A stretch of DNA of 64,000 nucleotides from Octopus vulgaris (lineage: Eukaryota). The stretch lies in contig OX597814.1 of NCBI GenBank assembly GCA_951406725.2, forward strand, positions 146,258,001-146,322,000, written 5' to 3'. The position numbers were made by a program, and so were the translations under genes. Of this stretch, positions 1-13,496 are shown piece after piece (the stretch's first letter is position 1; each line of letters starts with the position of its first letter). The notes beneath the pieces are model-generated. The model had not been told where the DNA came from. It made no database searches and saw only the letters and a program-made list of their open reading frames with translations.

Positions 1-1540
1 GTGGAGAAACTCACTGGATGCTGGCTATATTCCAAAAAACCTTCTGTTCCAGTCTGTTGTCCCAGTTTTCAAAAAGGGAAACAAGTCCCTTGCAGTGAAT
101 TACCGTCCGATCTCACTCACCTCTCATATCATCAAGGTATTTGAGAGGGTGGTGAGATCTCGAATAACCCAATTTCTGGAAAGCAACAGACGGCTGATCT
201 CCAACCAACATGGGTTCCGTAATGGAAGGGACTGCCTAACGCAGCTCCTGCATCACTTTGAGGACATTTTGAGAGTTTTGGGAGAGGGCTCCAACACCGA
301 TGTCATCTACCTTGATTTCAGTAAGGCCTTCGACTGGGTCGATCACAAGATCCTATTGAAAAAACTATCCAACATTGGTGTCTCTGGAAAGTTACTGAAA
401 TGGATTAAGTGTTTCCTGACAGACAGATCTCAACATGTTGTAGTTGAAGGGGTAAAATCAAGCCCAGCCAAAGTCAGTAGTGGCGTTCCGCAAGGCACTG
501 TGCTGGGCCCACTTCTTTTCATCATTTACATTAATGACATCATCAAGCACAGCAACATAAAAATCTTTGCAGATGACTCCAAGCTACAGAAGGTCATAAA
601 TGAGGCGAGTGACCGGACATGCCTTCAGTCAGATCTACTGGCTGTTATCCAATGGGCAGAAAAAAACAATATGCTGCTGAACGAGGATAAATTTGAGCTA
701 ATCCACTTTGGAAAAGAGGATGCCCTGAAACTCCCATACTCCCTTCCTTCAGGTGAAACTCTCGCGGCGTCCAACAACATCAGAGACTTGGGAGTAATTG
801 TGGACAACAACGTAAGCTGGGCCACTCATATAAACACCAAAGTTGACATGGCCCGCAGAATTTGTTCCTGGATTCTCAGAACTTTCCAGTCGAGAGATAT
901 CCACACCATTATCCTTCTCTTCTCCACTTTTGCCCGACCCCACCTTGAATACTGTTGTCCACTGTGGTCTCCCCACACAATACAAGGTATCATAAAAGTT
1001 GAAGCACCTCAAAGGGCAATCACAAAAAAGATAGATGGCATGACAGGCCTCGACTATTGGGGTCGACTAGAAAAGCTAAAGCTAAAACTCTATTCTCTCC
1101 AACGTCGTCGTGAGCGCTACATCATCTGCATGATGTGGAAAATATTCCATCAGCATTGCCCAAATGATGTTGGCATCACCTTTAAGGTACATCCAAGGCT
1201 TGGGCCCCGTGCCATCCGCCCAAAACAAAAATCGCACTCTCATCTCATAACAACAATACGGCATAATTATTTCACCTCAATTGGCCCCGCTCTCTTTAAC
1301 ATTACACCAAAACACATTAAAACAGAAACTAACCCTATAGGGTTCAAGAAGTCTTTGGACAGATTCCTTCAAGAAATCCCGGATAAACTCCCTACACCCG
1401 GATATGTCTCTGTAAACAATAACTCTCTACTTGAGTGGGCCATAGTGCCCAAATTCTGACTTGAAAGACTTCACCAGGTGGTGCTATTAAGTTAGACATG
1501 GCCTGGGCCAATAATGGCCGAAACCTATCAAAGTATCAAA

Positions 1541-1541
<1 letters not shown>
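1..1541 (+). mobile_element. CR1-group LINE 3' half with short 3'UTR and tandem (ATCAAAGT) tail running into (TA)n
   Basis: RT ORF, about 80-nt UTR, terminal tatcaaagtatcaaagta; a short-repeat tail is typical of CR1-like LINEs. Confidence 0.85.
2..1459 (+). CDS. Non-LTR retrotransposon (CR1/L2 group) ORF2, reverse transcriptase and C-terminal region; 5' part lies outside the window
   Basis: Frame open from base 2 (WRNSLDAGYIP...PVFKKG...NYRPISLTS). RT motifs QHGFR, YLDFSKAFD, GVPQGTVLGPLLF, FADD, IRDLGV, RPHLEYC..WSP, SLQRRR. Confidence 0.93.
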   Translation, partial: WRNSLDAGYIPKNLLFQSVVPVFKKGNKSLAVNYRPISLTSHIIKVFERVVRSRITQFLESNRRLISNQHGFRNGRDCLTQLLHHFEDILRVLGEGSNTDVIYLDFSKAFDWVDHKILLKKLSNIGVSGKLLKWIKCFLTDRSQHVVVEGVKSSPAKVSSGVPQGTVLGPLLFIIYINDIIKHSNIKIFADDSKLQKVINEASDRTCLQSDLLAVIQWAEKNNMLLNEDKFELIHFGKEDALKLPYSLPSGETLAASNNIRDLGVIVDNNVSWATHINTKVDMARRICSWILRTFQSRDIHTIILLFSTFARPHLEYCCPLWSPHTIQGIIKVEAPQRAITKKIDGMTGLDYWGRLEKLKLKLYSLQRRRERYIICMMWKIFHQHCPNDVGITFKVHPRLGPRAIRPKQKSHSHLITTIRHNYFTSIGPALFNITPKHIKTETNPIGFKKSLDRFLQEIPDKLPTPGYVSVNNNSLLEWAIVPKF

Positions 1542-1598
<57 letters not shown>

Positions 1599-1777
1599 GT
1601 ATATATTCATATATATATCTTTATATATATATATACATATATGTACACACACACACACACATATATATACATATATGTATATATATATATATGTATATGT
1701 ATATATATGTATATGTATATATATGTCTATGTATATATATATATATATGTATATGTATATATACATGTATATATATG

Positions 1778-1832
<55 letters not shown>

Positions 1833-1885
1833 ATATATGTATATATATGTATGTATATATATATATACACATACATACACACGCA
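1542..1885. repeat. (TA)n/(TG)n/(CA)n compound microsatellite
   Basis: Direct reading. Confidence 0.95.
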
Positions 1886-2571
1886 CTCCCGCACATTCGC
1901 TTATAATAATATGCACATCGTCTTTGAAAATTTTTATTGTTAAACGTTATTCCATCTTAAAGGAGATATGTGTTAATATTAGGTAACTTAGTGACAAGGT
2001 AGTTCTGTGTTACGTAACCAATTATTCGTTGTTAGTTTTCTATGGGTGTTGAAGACGGAATTCTCATTATTAATGTTAAACGAATTAGATAGTCTCCCAG
2101 TCTTAGTGTCTGCCTTGTACTGAAGATATTTTTTTCTTAGTGTGTATCTTTTCACAGATGCGCCACATACGCACATTTTCTCACAGTCTTTTCTTCTATT
2201 TTCTTTTTTTTTTTTTTTTTTTGCTTTGTCTTGACATATATTCCATACGTACCTCATGGTGGTCTGTTAACTCAAATTCCAATCCATTTCCGTCTTTCTC
2301 AATCTCTATCTCTGTATGTTACTCGCGATTCCAGTGAACGGCCCTCGGTCGTCTGCTATTCGCATCTTGAAACTTCCTAATAAAGTTTTGAAGAGCTCTA
2401 GTCAACGGTAATGCATTTGATCTCAGTTAAAAACGAGCGGAGTCTAACACTTGACGACGAACAATTATCTAATTCATATTGTCAGCATCTGAGAACGGAT
2501 AGACAGACACTCGGGCACATCCAAACAGATATAGATATATTTTTGTGCATCAATTTACGTACGCATGTATG

Positions 2572-2594
2572 CATATATGTTATATATATATATG

Positions 2595-2653
<59 letters not shown>

Positions 2654-2741
2654 ATATATATACATATATATACATACATATATATATATACACATAGATA
2701 CATACATACATATATGTATTATGTATGTATGTATGTATGTA
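2572..2741. repeat. (TA)n/(TATG)n microsatellite
   Basis: Direct reading. Confidence 0.9.
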
Positions 2742-3205
2742 TTAAGAGCATGTAAGAGGTTACGGAATAAGATATCAGTTTTCTAATACATAAATCATTC
2801 TAGAACCTTTAGATACGGAGGTTATATAAGACATTACATACATCATTATACATGGGAGTGTGTGATGTTTTTTTTTCTCTGTGTGTATATGTGCGTGTAT
2901 ATTTGGGTTTAGAGAAAGGAGAAACGAAATGAGTGCAGTGCAAAATAATTCAAAGAAGAGACAACCGAAAATTCAATTGTGGACTACGAATAGGGCGAGG
3001 ACGATAGAAACATTAAGTTTCGGTAAAACGTGAAAACAGTTAGACATAAACAAATGAAACGACCAGAACAGAGTAAAAACAGAATCACCAGCACACATTT
3101 CTATTTATCATCGGTAGGATTCGGTTATCGCAGATTAACAACTGCATCGCCTGCTACAGTCTGTAGATTTATAGAAAGAATTTTGGTTAGCGTATTGAAC
3201 AGTGT

Positions 3206-3505
3206 GGAGGTGCAATGGCCCAGTGGTTAGGGCTGCGGACTCATGGTCGGATGATCGCGGTTTCGATTCCCAGACCGGGCGTTGTGTGTGTTTATTGAGC
3301 GAAAACAACTAAAAGCTCCACAAGGCTCCGGTAGGGGGCTTTGACGACCGTTGTTGTACTCTTTCGCCATAACTTTCTCTAACTCTCTCTTCCCGTTTCT
3401 TGAGTAACGCTGTGATGGACTGGTGTCTCGTCCAGCTGGGGGAAACACATACGCACAGAAACCGAGAAACCGGGACCATGAGCCTGGCTAAGCTTGAAAA
3501 TGGTG
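3206..3505 (+). mobile_element. tRNA-derived SINE, family B
   Basis: A box TGGCCCAGTGG, B-box-like GTTTCGATTCCC; near-colinear copy at 33433-33733. Confidence 0.85.
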
Positions 3506-5479
3506 ACGTTTATCGTTTATCGTATTGAACAGTAAAGTTGTACAAGAAGAAATTTTTGGGACCACGCAATACTTTCATAAGCTTAAAAAATTGTGGAAAG
3601 GATTCAGAAAAATTACGTACGGTAAATACTGAAATCTGTCGAATTGTCAAAAATGGTAAAGAAGAAAATAATTCTTTCTGTTGATACATATGTTGCTCTG
3701 AAGTTCCCACGGGGACACACACACACACACATATATTTATGTGTGTGTGTGTGTGTACACGTGTGTATAGTGCGTGTGCGTATGTGCGTGCATGCATCCG
3801 TGCGTGTATATGTGTGTGTCTGCGTGTATTTGTTCAGGTCTTTTGCGCGCGCCTATGAATAAAAACCCAAGTATAGAACTTTACTAGTAATTCAGCCTCT
3901 ATAATCGTACGTTACAAAATCTAATGTGTTATTGCAAGAGTAGCTGTGCTTTCCATAGCGTGTTGTCTTCTAAGTGAATGCTCTAGACAAGGAAATTTCA
4001 AGACATAGATTAGTATTCTAGTATTCTTATAAAGACTAAAAATGTCTGAATATATTGCATCTTATTAAGTTGTATGTAAAATCTATCTCGCATTGTCCAC
4101 TTCTTTTATTATCAACAGTCACGGACTGGTAAGTAAACATAGAATTAATTGAGTAAATTGATTGAAAGCATGCTTATACAGTCATTAGTTTACTTTCAAA
4201 AGTAAGAAAATGAAACTGTAGAGCACGCATTGAAGTGTTTTCAGATTCATGACGTTTGCTTTTACAATGATGTAAACTAAAGAGCAATCAAACAATTAAT
4301 TAATGCAAGTAATTAAAATATTCAAAGAAAATAATTAAGAATTAGAAAACAGTAAGAAAACAAATACGTACTGAGTGACTCTGTATATGTTTTCGATATT
4401 TCTTTGTCAATATAATGTTATGAAGTGTCTGAACGTTTTATAACCGTAAAAAATATATAATTCGAATACCACGAACATAACGGAAATATAGTAAACAATT
4501 CTATATTAAATATAATGATTTCTTAATTTCGATTAAACATTTTTCTGGTTCATCTCCATTAAAACAGATCACATTTATTTCATCATTATTCCGACATTCC
4601 CTGCTGATGTGTTCCATGATTCTTGGAATAAATGTTATTTGTTCGCAGTATTTTCTACTCCCATACACCTCCAGGCTAAAGTGCCTTTAAACAAGCGATT
4701 AAAAGATTCAACCTATTAAATTGTAAGTCAACACAGACCTAAGATAAATAAAAAAGCAATCAGAAGATAATTTCAAATGGTATATTTATTCATTGCATTG
4801 ATACCATTAACGATACTCCTCAAACGTTCCAAATCCTACATACTTTCACAGACGATGAGTTATTCAAATATTATTGAAGATGTGAGTTATTTAAGTGCTA
4901 TTCCAGTTTGTCTTCCAAAATAGCCGTTAAGGCCATGTGTGGCTTTCACGTAAAAGGAAATTATGAGATAACATTACTTGGTTACCTTAAGGGGCTCATA
5001 TGTGATTCATATTTGCAATCATTCAGGTAAAAGAATAAACTTTGTTCGACGGAAGTCGTATGGAGCAAGAATTATAAGTAATAAGGGTATGTAATTAAAA
5101 ATGGACAAAGTAGCGTTTATTGAACCCGCTATAATCAAATTAATTAAATTCATTAAAATGTAATTAGAGTTAGTGGAATTTAAACTAAAATCTCTTACAG
5201 GATTAACTAGCAGTGGGATGATTTTAGATTGTTACAAAGCAGATATCTGTCATTAACAATATATTAAATTAATTAAATATAAAAGAGTGATAGTTAAATA
5301 GATAGTGTCTTATATATTATGGCATGACAATAAGGTGAACCAAAAAGAAGTTTATATTTCGAAATTGCGTAATTATGTTCACAATTTACAGATATTTGTT
5401 TCGGGATATTACTTGCATACCCAAATATAATCATCATATTACCCGGCAGAAGTGACACAGCAAAGTTGCAGCAGATTAC

Positions 5480-6275
5480 AGGAGTTCACACCGGAAATTT
5501 TGATATTGCAAATAATAGTAAATCAAACGAAGATAATTAAAATTTTCAACGCATGGGCAATACCAATATTGAAACAGTGTACAACATTACTTCGGGAAAC
5601 TAAAAACAAATGAACTGAGGAGGTTTATCGAACAATAATCTAAATATGCGTATCGTTGTTAGGAATCTGTACCTATCAAGAAAATAGGGACAGAATGGAA
5701 TATTTAATACAATATACACGGTACAGTTAACAATTATTGAATTCGAGATGTACGTTAACAAATTGAAGAAAAGCGTATTTACGCATCCAGGAAAATAAAT
5801 ACCAAATACAAGATAGCATTAAAACTTTTAGAATCAAAATAGGAAAATTAGATGTTGAAAAGCATCAAGAAAATATGTTACAGATATAATCTGACAGACA
5901 AGCGAAAGGCAAATGGAATAAATGGTCATCTCAGCTGAAATATGCAGATCTGATGAGAGAAACGAAATCCTGATTAATGATTATTGACGACAAAGAAGGG
6001 AATACAACAATTATTGTTAATATATATATAGAGAGAATATTCAGCAAGATTCTGACAATGGGGCAATTGTCAAAACAGATGGCATTCACTACCCTGTGGA
6101 ATATAAATGTTGCTATATTACATATGCAGAAGACAGAGTCACAAAAACGTGAAGATCTGGAAATAGAGATTATAAAATGTGGATATTGAAAAAAGAAACT
6201 AATTAACATGACAATAACGAGGATTACATTGTCAATAAGAACAACGAAGGCTACCGCGACGATGATGATGATTAT
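5480..6275 (+). pseudogene. Heavily decayed R4/Dong-like (RLE) LINE, C-terminal part
   Basis: Remnant motifs KIFNAWAIPIL, LYLSRK, DLMRETK, DKEGNTTIIVNI, EDLEIEIIKC, followed by a short (GAT)n tail. Confidence 0.55.
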
Positions 6276-6749
6276 ATATTGGAAATTGTAAGATAATTTT
6301 CTAATAAATATATAATCTTACTACAGTATCTAAACATGCTACCAGCGAAGTATAGAACTATTGTGCAATGAACAAATTTATATATTAAATATGTTCAGTT
6401 TAATACAAAAAGAGTATGCTTCCAGGGGACAGAAAATCGGGATGTGTATTCACTGAGAATCCTCGTTGCTGATTTGAAAAGGTGTTTTCGGTAGAGGAAT
6501 ATGTGAAGCGGCTATGAAAATAGGTAACGTGATTAGAGAAGCAGATGGCTTTGAAGCAATGATTAGAAAATTGGGAAAAAAATGTGAAAAGAAATATAAC
6601 AAGCCTCTGTGAACTTTTAGTCGATCAAAATCGATACATATTTGAGGTGATTAAGGAGGTGATTAAGGAGCACCACATCTAAATACACACGTAGACAACC
6701 TCTAGTGTTGATGAACTGAGAAAGCATTGCTCAAATTCAGATCTCTTAA

Positions 6750-7515
6750 GATTGAAAATAGGCAACTAAAATGCTATCCTATAACTTAGAAACCATTTAA
6801 CAGTGTTGTTCACAGAAGATACATATATACCGTGCTAAAAGAATCACAATAGAAGTAATACAAACAGCAACTTTAAAGAAATATTGTAATTCCTGATAAT
6901 ATTGGAGGTATCGCCAGATATGCTTGTTTAGGAAATACTATAGTTATATACGTTGCTTGAATTTATTACTATAGGCTATCGGTGAAAAAGGAAAAGTTCT
7001 AAACAACAATTATACTAAGATTAATACTCCCGCACCACCACCATTTCACGAAACGCATTTACTTCATGCAATATGATGGTTTGATCATATTCAAGGTTTG
7101 TTACGCGAATTGCTTATTTCTGGTGAATAGTACATTCTTAGGAGCGGAAACAAGTAGAAAAATGTTGAGAGAAGTTAGAAACTATCAACAAAATGCTGTT
7201 ATCTTTATGGGGGAATAGCTTTCCCTGTTTGTTTTCCCTGATATATATGATACATTTAACGCTAATCTTAAACATATAAAGGCGAGCGTTTATATTTTTA
7301 AGGTCACGCAGCTTAACGTAAATCAACGTCTCATACGGATGATTTGAATCTTTTCGCAAATAATGAAAACAAACAGAGCATGGATTTAGTGAATATATTG
7401 TGATGGAATTTGCGATAAACTCGTGTGCAGTTTTAAGAGGAGGGAAAACGAAGTGAGATTATCAGATAAGGATATCATACAACAAGGAGGAAAGTAAAAG
7501 TATTTGGGTAAAGCA
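6750..7515 (+). pseudogene. Heavily decayed R4/Dong-like LINE, RT core fragment
   Basis: Remnants IF.G.S (about 7200), TDDLNLFANNE (about 7335; YMDDLKLFA equivalent), MEFAINSCA (MEFGLDKCA equivalent), KYLG (about 7500). Confidence 0.55.
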
Positions 7516-8124
7516 GTAACATTTATGATAAAGGAAACAATACTTCGTAATACTTCATTTTGGAACGTAGTTCTTTAGAAGTTAAAAACAGTAGTTAAGA
7601 TTAAATGAAAATGCAATCCAGCAGCTATTTCCCGATCAGCCACATATATTGTTATGGTTTAACTACACTTTTCACATGTCGAGAAGATGACTGGATATCA
7701 GTTTTTGTGCATGATAATAACAATAATTATGTATTGTACTATTTCCATTTTAAGATGGAAATGTGTAATCTGTATAGGATTTTGATTCGATTCCTACGCG
7801 ATTAAGCAACAGTACAGAAGTTCCCTTGTTGATGGTTGGGGACGTTGTTAACACATGTTGGTCGATAGATATGCTCTGCAAAGAGTACCTGTCAAAGCCA
7901 ATCAACGAGCATTACCAAGCATACACCTGGAATATTGAAATGTCAGGCAGGTTCCACGATATTGAATGATAGTAAAGGCAACAGTATTACGTTCGCGTAA
8001 ATTTTCAAGTCGACTGACCATCGGGTAGTTACACAGTAGGCCCCATTTAAACAGCTAAATTAACAAAGAGTTGTATTTGCCGGAGCATCAACAAAACATG
8101 GATTGCAAATTTATTAGGCAGTAA

Positions 8125-8360
8125 GTGGCACAACCGTTTTCAACGATCGAAATACTTAACGTCTGTTCTTCTGACTTTACGTTCTGTGTTCAAATGCCAC
8201 CGCGGTCCACATTGCATACATTCTTTCGAGGTCTATAAAATACAGTAACAATCAAATAGTAGTGGTGATGGTGTTGGTGGGTGTGGTGTTGGGGGACTCG
8301 ACGTAATTGATTGAAACGCTCTGCCGAAAAAATTCAGGCCTTGTGCCCATACCAGGAATG
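8125..8360 (+). mobile_element. Diverged SINE family C copy
   Basis: acgttctgtgttcaaatgccaccgcggtc...cgaggtc...ggccttgtgcc matches the 33986 and 39143 copies. Confidence 0.55.
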
Positions 8361-8537
8361 ATTATATACAGTATTTCTAGTCTCGTCTTGAAATAGAACG
8401 CTTTGGTAGATAGGAAATGGGAGTTTGCCAAAAGATTTATTTACTAATTAACAGCTTATTAACATTCGTTCTCCCCTGTTTTGAAGATTTGAATAGAAAC
8501 TGATGGAAACTTATCAACATAAAAAAGAAGATATATA

Positions 8538-8909
8538 GGCGTAGGAGTGGCTGTGTGGTAAGTAACGTGACACCTTGGGTAAGTGTCTTCTACTGTAGAC
8601 CCGGACCAACCACAGCCTTGTGACTGGATTTGGTGAACGGAAGCTTGAGGAGGCCCGTCGTATATATGTATATGTGTATATGTGTGTCTATGTATATATT
8701 TGTGTCTGTGTTTGTCTCCCAATATCGCTTGACAACCGATGCTGGTGTGCTTACATCCCCGTAACTTAGCGGTTCGGCAAAAGAGACTGATAGAATAAGT
8801 ACTAGGCTTACAAAGAATAAGTCCTGGGGTCGATTTGCTCGACCAAAGACGGTGCTCCAGCATGGCCACAGTCAAATGACTGAAACAAGTAAAAGACTAA
8901 AAAGAGTAA
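8538..8909 (+). mobile_element. tRNA-derived SINE family A with central microsatellite; B-box region deleted
   Basis: GGCGTAGGAGTGGCTGTGTGG head and gtcaaatgactgaaacaagtaaaaga tail, shared with about ten copies in the window. Confidence 0.9.
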
Positions 8910-9704
8910 GAATCATCCTACGCATTTTCTTTCTTTTCGTTTTTGTACAAATGTAAGAAATCTAGAATAGTTAATATGGTATCTTTTATAGTATCAATGC
9001 GGTATGGTTCCTCAATGTATAAACACGTGCATACACATACACAGACACTGACACAGACACACACACTCATTCACACACATATAATTAAATAACACTCGTG
9101 TGCATTTATGCAAAGCTTGTTCAGAGTTATTGGATACCTGATGTCATCAGTCAGTGAAAATGCGCACGTTACTATCATTAATCGCCGAAACCCAGCCTCC
9201 AAATACTGCAATTGGATCTGATACCTGTAATGTAGGAAGTAATCGACAGCAATCGTAGGGAGTAATCGACTGAGCGCAGAAACAGAAAATCAAGTCATTA
9301 AATGCTGGATTAAGAAGTGTATTTACTTGGAAAAATGAGTATACAAATTAAAGAATGATATAATCCAATGTCTCCTATATAACTGCTTCAGATGAAAAAT
9401 AGAGGAATGGTTTCAATATGGGTTATATTAAGTAATGATGTTTAATATTTCAAGTGTATGGGTTAGCGGATATTTTGAGCTATCCGTGATGTGAAACATC
9501 TTAAACAAGGCGGATATTCGCTTTCAACAAACGGAAAGTACAGCAGGCTATCTAGCTTGACGATATTCTTGTTAACCTGCTCAATGTGTCCTCTGGATGG
9601 CATATGACACTCGCACACAAACACACACACCACGTACACAAAAACACACACACGCACATATATAAGGGTAGAGTGAGCAACCACAATGCTAGAAATACAG
9701 TCAT

Positions 9705-10252
9705 AATTTCTATACGAAATTAGCATGCTGATATAATGCAACTCGCTTGCTGTGGGCAGGTTATCTTCCCCTGTCAGTTCAAATAGAACATGTGCTTTAT
9801 GTAGCGGAAGAGTTTATATCTCTTATTTCTAGCAATACTGGTGCTCACTGTACACTTGTTCACCTTTAGTGACGGTGCATTAATTCATTCATGGTTTAAA
9901 ATTGCGCCTAGCCACCTTCATTATTTTATTATTTTCACTTTACCATATTGTGGAATCATCAAATGATTCCTATGGTATTTTGTATATTACTGATAGGAGA
10001 GTATTCAAACTTACTATCTGTAATGGAGTGAGAATTACTGAAGAGTATTAATTTCTATGAAATTTGCATGCTAATCTAATGCAACTCGCTTCCTGTGGGG
10101 AGGTTGTTTTTCCCTGTCAGTTTAAATACAGTACATGCTTTATGTGCTTTATGTGGCTAAAGTGCCTATGACTTTTTTTAGCAATGCCCTTGGTCACATC
10201 TAGTCACGGTGAATTATTTCCTTTTTGGTTTAAAATTGCATCTAGCCACATT
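9705..10252. repeat. Diverged direct repeat, about 200 bp (9705-9915 vs 10052-10250)
   Basis: Shared gcatgct..taatgcaactcgctt..tgtggg..cccctgtcagtt..ggtttaaaattgc..tagccac. Confidence 0.75.
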
Positions 10253-10707
10253 GAATATATATATATATATGTGTGTGTGTGTGCGTAAAATCAAGGTGAT
10301 TACACGCAATTTTAAACCAAAAGAGAAATAGATATCCTTTATACAGTGGAAACTAATTTTAAGATTAGTCTATTATATGTTGCACTGTAAGCGCCCAGTG
10401 CATCACATATTAAAATTTGGTGTACATTAAGAGTTGATAATATATTTACACCAATGGTCTCTCCGCAGTCATCACTCACAATGAACATGCATCTTCCGTG
10501 AAATTGCTGGCCTTCTGCCAAAATTTGAAATCAATAGTATAACTCATTCTTAGTAGCGTCTCTAAATGATCGGATTGCTTGACTAAAATACAAAGTATCT
10601 TAAGTAATTCATTTCACTCTCACAGAAACAGCACACGTCTATTTTTTATACTCTGTGTACACTCTTTCCCTGCATTATGGAATTAATACAAGTCTTAATC
10701 TGAATAC

Positions 10708-11307
10708 AAATGGATTAAGTCGATTACATTGACGCCAGTGCGTAACTGTTACTTAATTAATCTAGCCGAAAGGATGAAAGGCAAAGTCGACCTCAGTGGA
10801 ATTAGAACTCAGAACGTAGCGGCAGACGAAATACCTATTTCTTTACTACCCACAAGAGGCTAAACACAGAGAGGACAAATAATGACAGACAAACGGATTA
10901 AGTCGATGATATCGACCCCAGTGCGTAACTGGCACTTATTTAATCGACCCCAAAATGATGAAAGGTAAAGTCGATCTCGGCAGAATTTGAACTCATCACG
11001 TAGTGGCAGACGAAATAGTGCTAAGCATTTCGACCGGCGTGCTAACGTTTCTGCCAGCTCGCCACCTTCGGCAGACGAAATACCTGTTTCTTTACTACCC
11101 ACAAGGGGTTAAACACAGAGGGGACAAACAAGGACAGAGAAACAATTATATCGACCCCAGTGTGTAACTGGTACTAATTTAATCGACCCCAAAATGATGA
11201 AAGGTAAAGTCGATCCCGGCGGAATTTGAACTCATAACGTAGCGGCAGACGAAATACCGCCAAGCATTTCGTCCGGCGTGCTAACGTTTCTGCCAGGTCG
11301 CCGCCTT
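10708..11307 (-). mobile_element. Tandem array of three SINE family C units
   Basis: Repeated cgacccc..aaaggtaaagtcga..ggaatttgaactc..cggcagacgaaatac; heads (GGCGGCGA..TGGCAGAAACGTTAGC on minus) at about 11065 and 11306. Confidence 0.88.
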
Positions 11308-12062
11308 CCTGAATACAATTCTATACATCTGAATGTATATCTGAATACATTTCTATATATTTTTACCTTATTCAATCTTCTTGAGGGTTAAACGATTATA
11401 GCAACACCAACATGTTACATTAAAGCCAGAGAAGTGGCTGCAGCTTATTTGACAGCCTGTGAACACCGACGTGTTAACTGTCAATGATGCAATTTTGAGC
11501 GAGTTTTGAAAACCAGCATGACCTACTGTGATGTTTTACTCTTAGTACTAGAACAATTTGTTTTCTTTAGGCTATGGAGCATACTTAAGTCACATAACTG
11601 TATAACATTTTGTGAGTATGATGTGTTATGCTGATTTATGTACACTATGCTTACGTTTAATTTTCGATTATATCGCTTCTATTCTATTCTGTTATTGTAT
11701 ATTTCAATTTCGACAATATTATCCAGTCTATCATAACGATCAGTAATCATAAAAAAAACCCCGCCAGTTCGCTGTCACCACCGAGTCGCAGTAAAACTTC
11801 TGCTTTAGTTTTAACGTTTAAAGTTTTTTCTTTTCCTTTTCTATCTACAAGCAGGAGTGGTGCGCAGTAAATTACTAGTCGCCATTTTAATCCGAAACAA
11901 ACAAACAAAAAAATCACGGTATATATACTTGCAGATTCGATCCTTACATCCAAAACGAGAAGCACAAGAAAAAACATTTAAAACTAAATATTCAGATTTC
12001 ATTGAAACTCCGTAGTAGTTCGCCGGTAGTTCGCTCGCTTGTATTAATTAATCGCAAGTGTA

Positions 12063-12417
12063 TTTATTACCCCCGCCTTAGTGAAGGCAGAGGTATTGTT
12101 TTCAGTCGTGATTGTTTGTTTGTTTGTCTGTGGACAAGTATCTCAAGAGCCGTTAAATGAATCCGAATGAAACTTTCAGGGATGTTTGGCTTCGCGACTG
12201 GCATGACCTGATTAGATTTTGACATCGATCGGGTATCGGACTACGATTCTGGATTATTTTTCCTGTTTTCTTTTTACTTAATTTTTGAGAGTGGTCGGGT
12301 TCATTTTTAGAATTTTGAGAGTAGTTGAGTTTATTTCAGATATTCTCATTTTTAAAATCATCTCTGGACGTTAGTGTTGCCTTGGTTGAGGTTTGCGCTC
12401 TCTGAGTGCTCTTGCTT
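12063..12417 (+). mobile_element. Helentron/DINE-1-like non-autonomous element
   Basis: 5' ttattacccccgcc with short hairpin, (TGTT)n, conserved aatgaaacttt block, 3' gaggtttgcgctctctgagtgct hairpin-like end. Confidence 0.65.
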
Positions 12418-12429
12418 ATATATGTATTC

Positions 12430-12482
<53 letters not shown>

Positions 12483-12799
12483 CGTGTGTATGCTAGCTTA
12501 AAAGCAACCCCATCGGGTGGCTTTTAAGCTAGCTCCTATGGAGAGCTCACCATTGGGCCATGAGCCCGATAATGACACTTCATCTATTGAGTACAGATTA
12601 AATTGACCAATATTTTTCAAGCAATGAACAATGTTCGTCAAGACAATGATGTAATATGTCGACTTCGAACTTATCGCAAAGCTTCGTGATAAATAACACT
12701 TTTTGTCTTCCCATTCAGGCGTCAGAACAATATTTCTAACAATATCCAGCCTCTTTCTTTCTTTCTTTCTTTCTCTTTGTCTCGTTCCTGTTGATTATT

Positions 12800-13125
12800 T
12801 TCAACCATTACTATCATCACAACCACCACCATCGCCACCACAACTGCCATACACACACCATTAATACTTTTGACACCACTACCAACACCACCACCAACAC
12901 CACCACCACCAACACCACCACCACCACCACCTCCACCACCACCATCTTCACCATCACCAACACGTTTGACTTTGCCTCCTTCCCTTCCACCACCATCACC
13001 AGAGTCTTTCCCATCCCTTTATATCACCGTCATGCTTGACCGCCTCAGCTACCACCATCACCACCATCATCACCGACGACTCCGCCTCTATCACAACTGT
13101 AGCTCATACTATTACTATCACCCCA
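12800..13125. repeat. (CAC/CAT)n low-complexity tract
   Basis: Direct reading. Confidence 0.85.
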
Positions 13126-13251
13126 TTGCCATCTCAACTGTTTTACTACAAACGCCCTCTATGCTTACTATTACTCTCACCTCAGCAAAAGGAGTAAAAG
13201 TGTCATTGAATAATGAGAGAGTGGGGTCAAAGTGTGACACACTTATACTGT

Positions 13252-13465
13252 TTACTCTCTCTTTTACTTGTTTCAGTCATTTGACTGCGGTCATGCTGGA
13301 GCACCGCCTTTAGTCGAGCAAATCGACCCCAGAACTTATTCTTTGTAAGCCCAGTACTTATTCTATCGGTCTCTTTTGCCGAACCGCTAAGTGACGGGGA
13401 CGTAAACACACCAGCATCGGTTGTCAAGCAATGCTAGGGAGACAAACACAGACACACAAACACAT

Positions 13466-13496
<31 letters not shown>

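Noticed and set aside
1498-1986. Many YI/HT/CV-repeat ORFs here and throughout the window
   Set aside because: They are translations of (TA)n, (CA)n and (TG)n microsatellites, not genes.
3206-3275. tRNA-like heads of SINEs as tRNA genes
   Set aside because: No complete cloverleaf; they continue into multi-copy SINE bodies.
12791-13313. Pro/His/Thr-rich ORFs
   Set aside because: (CAC)n tract running into a SINE.
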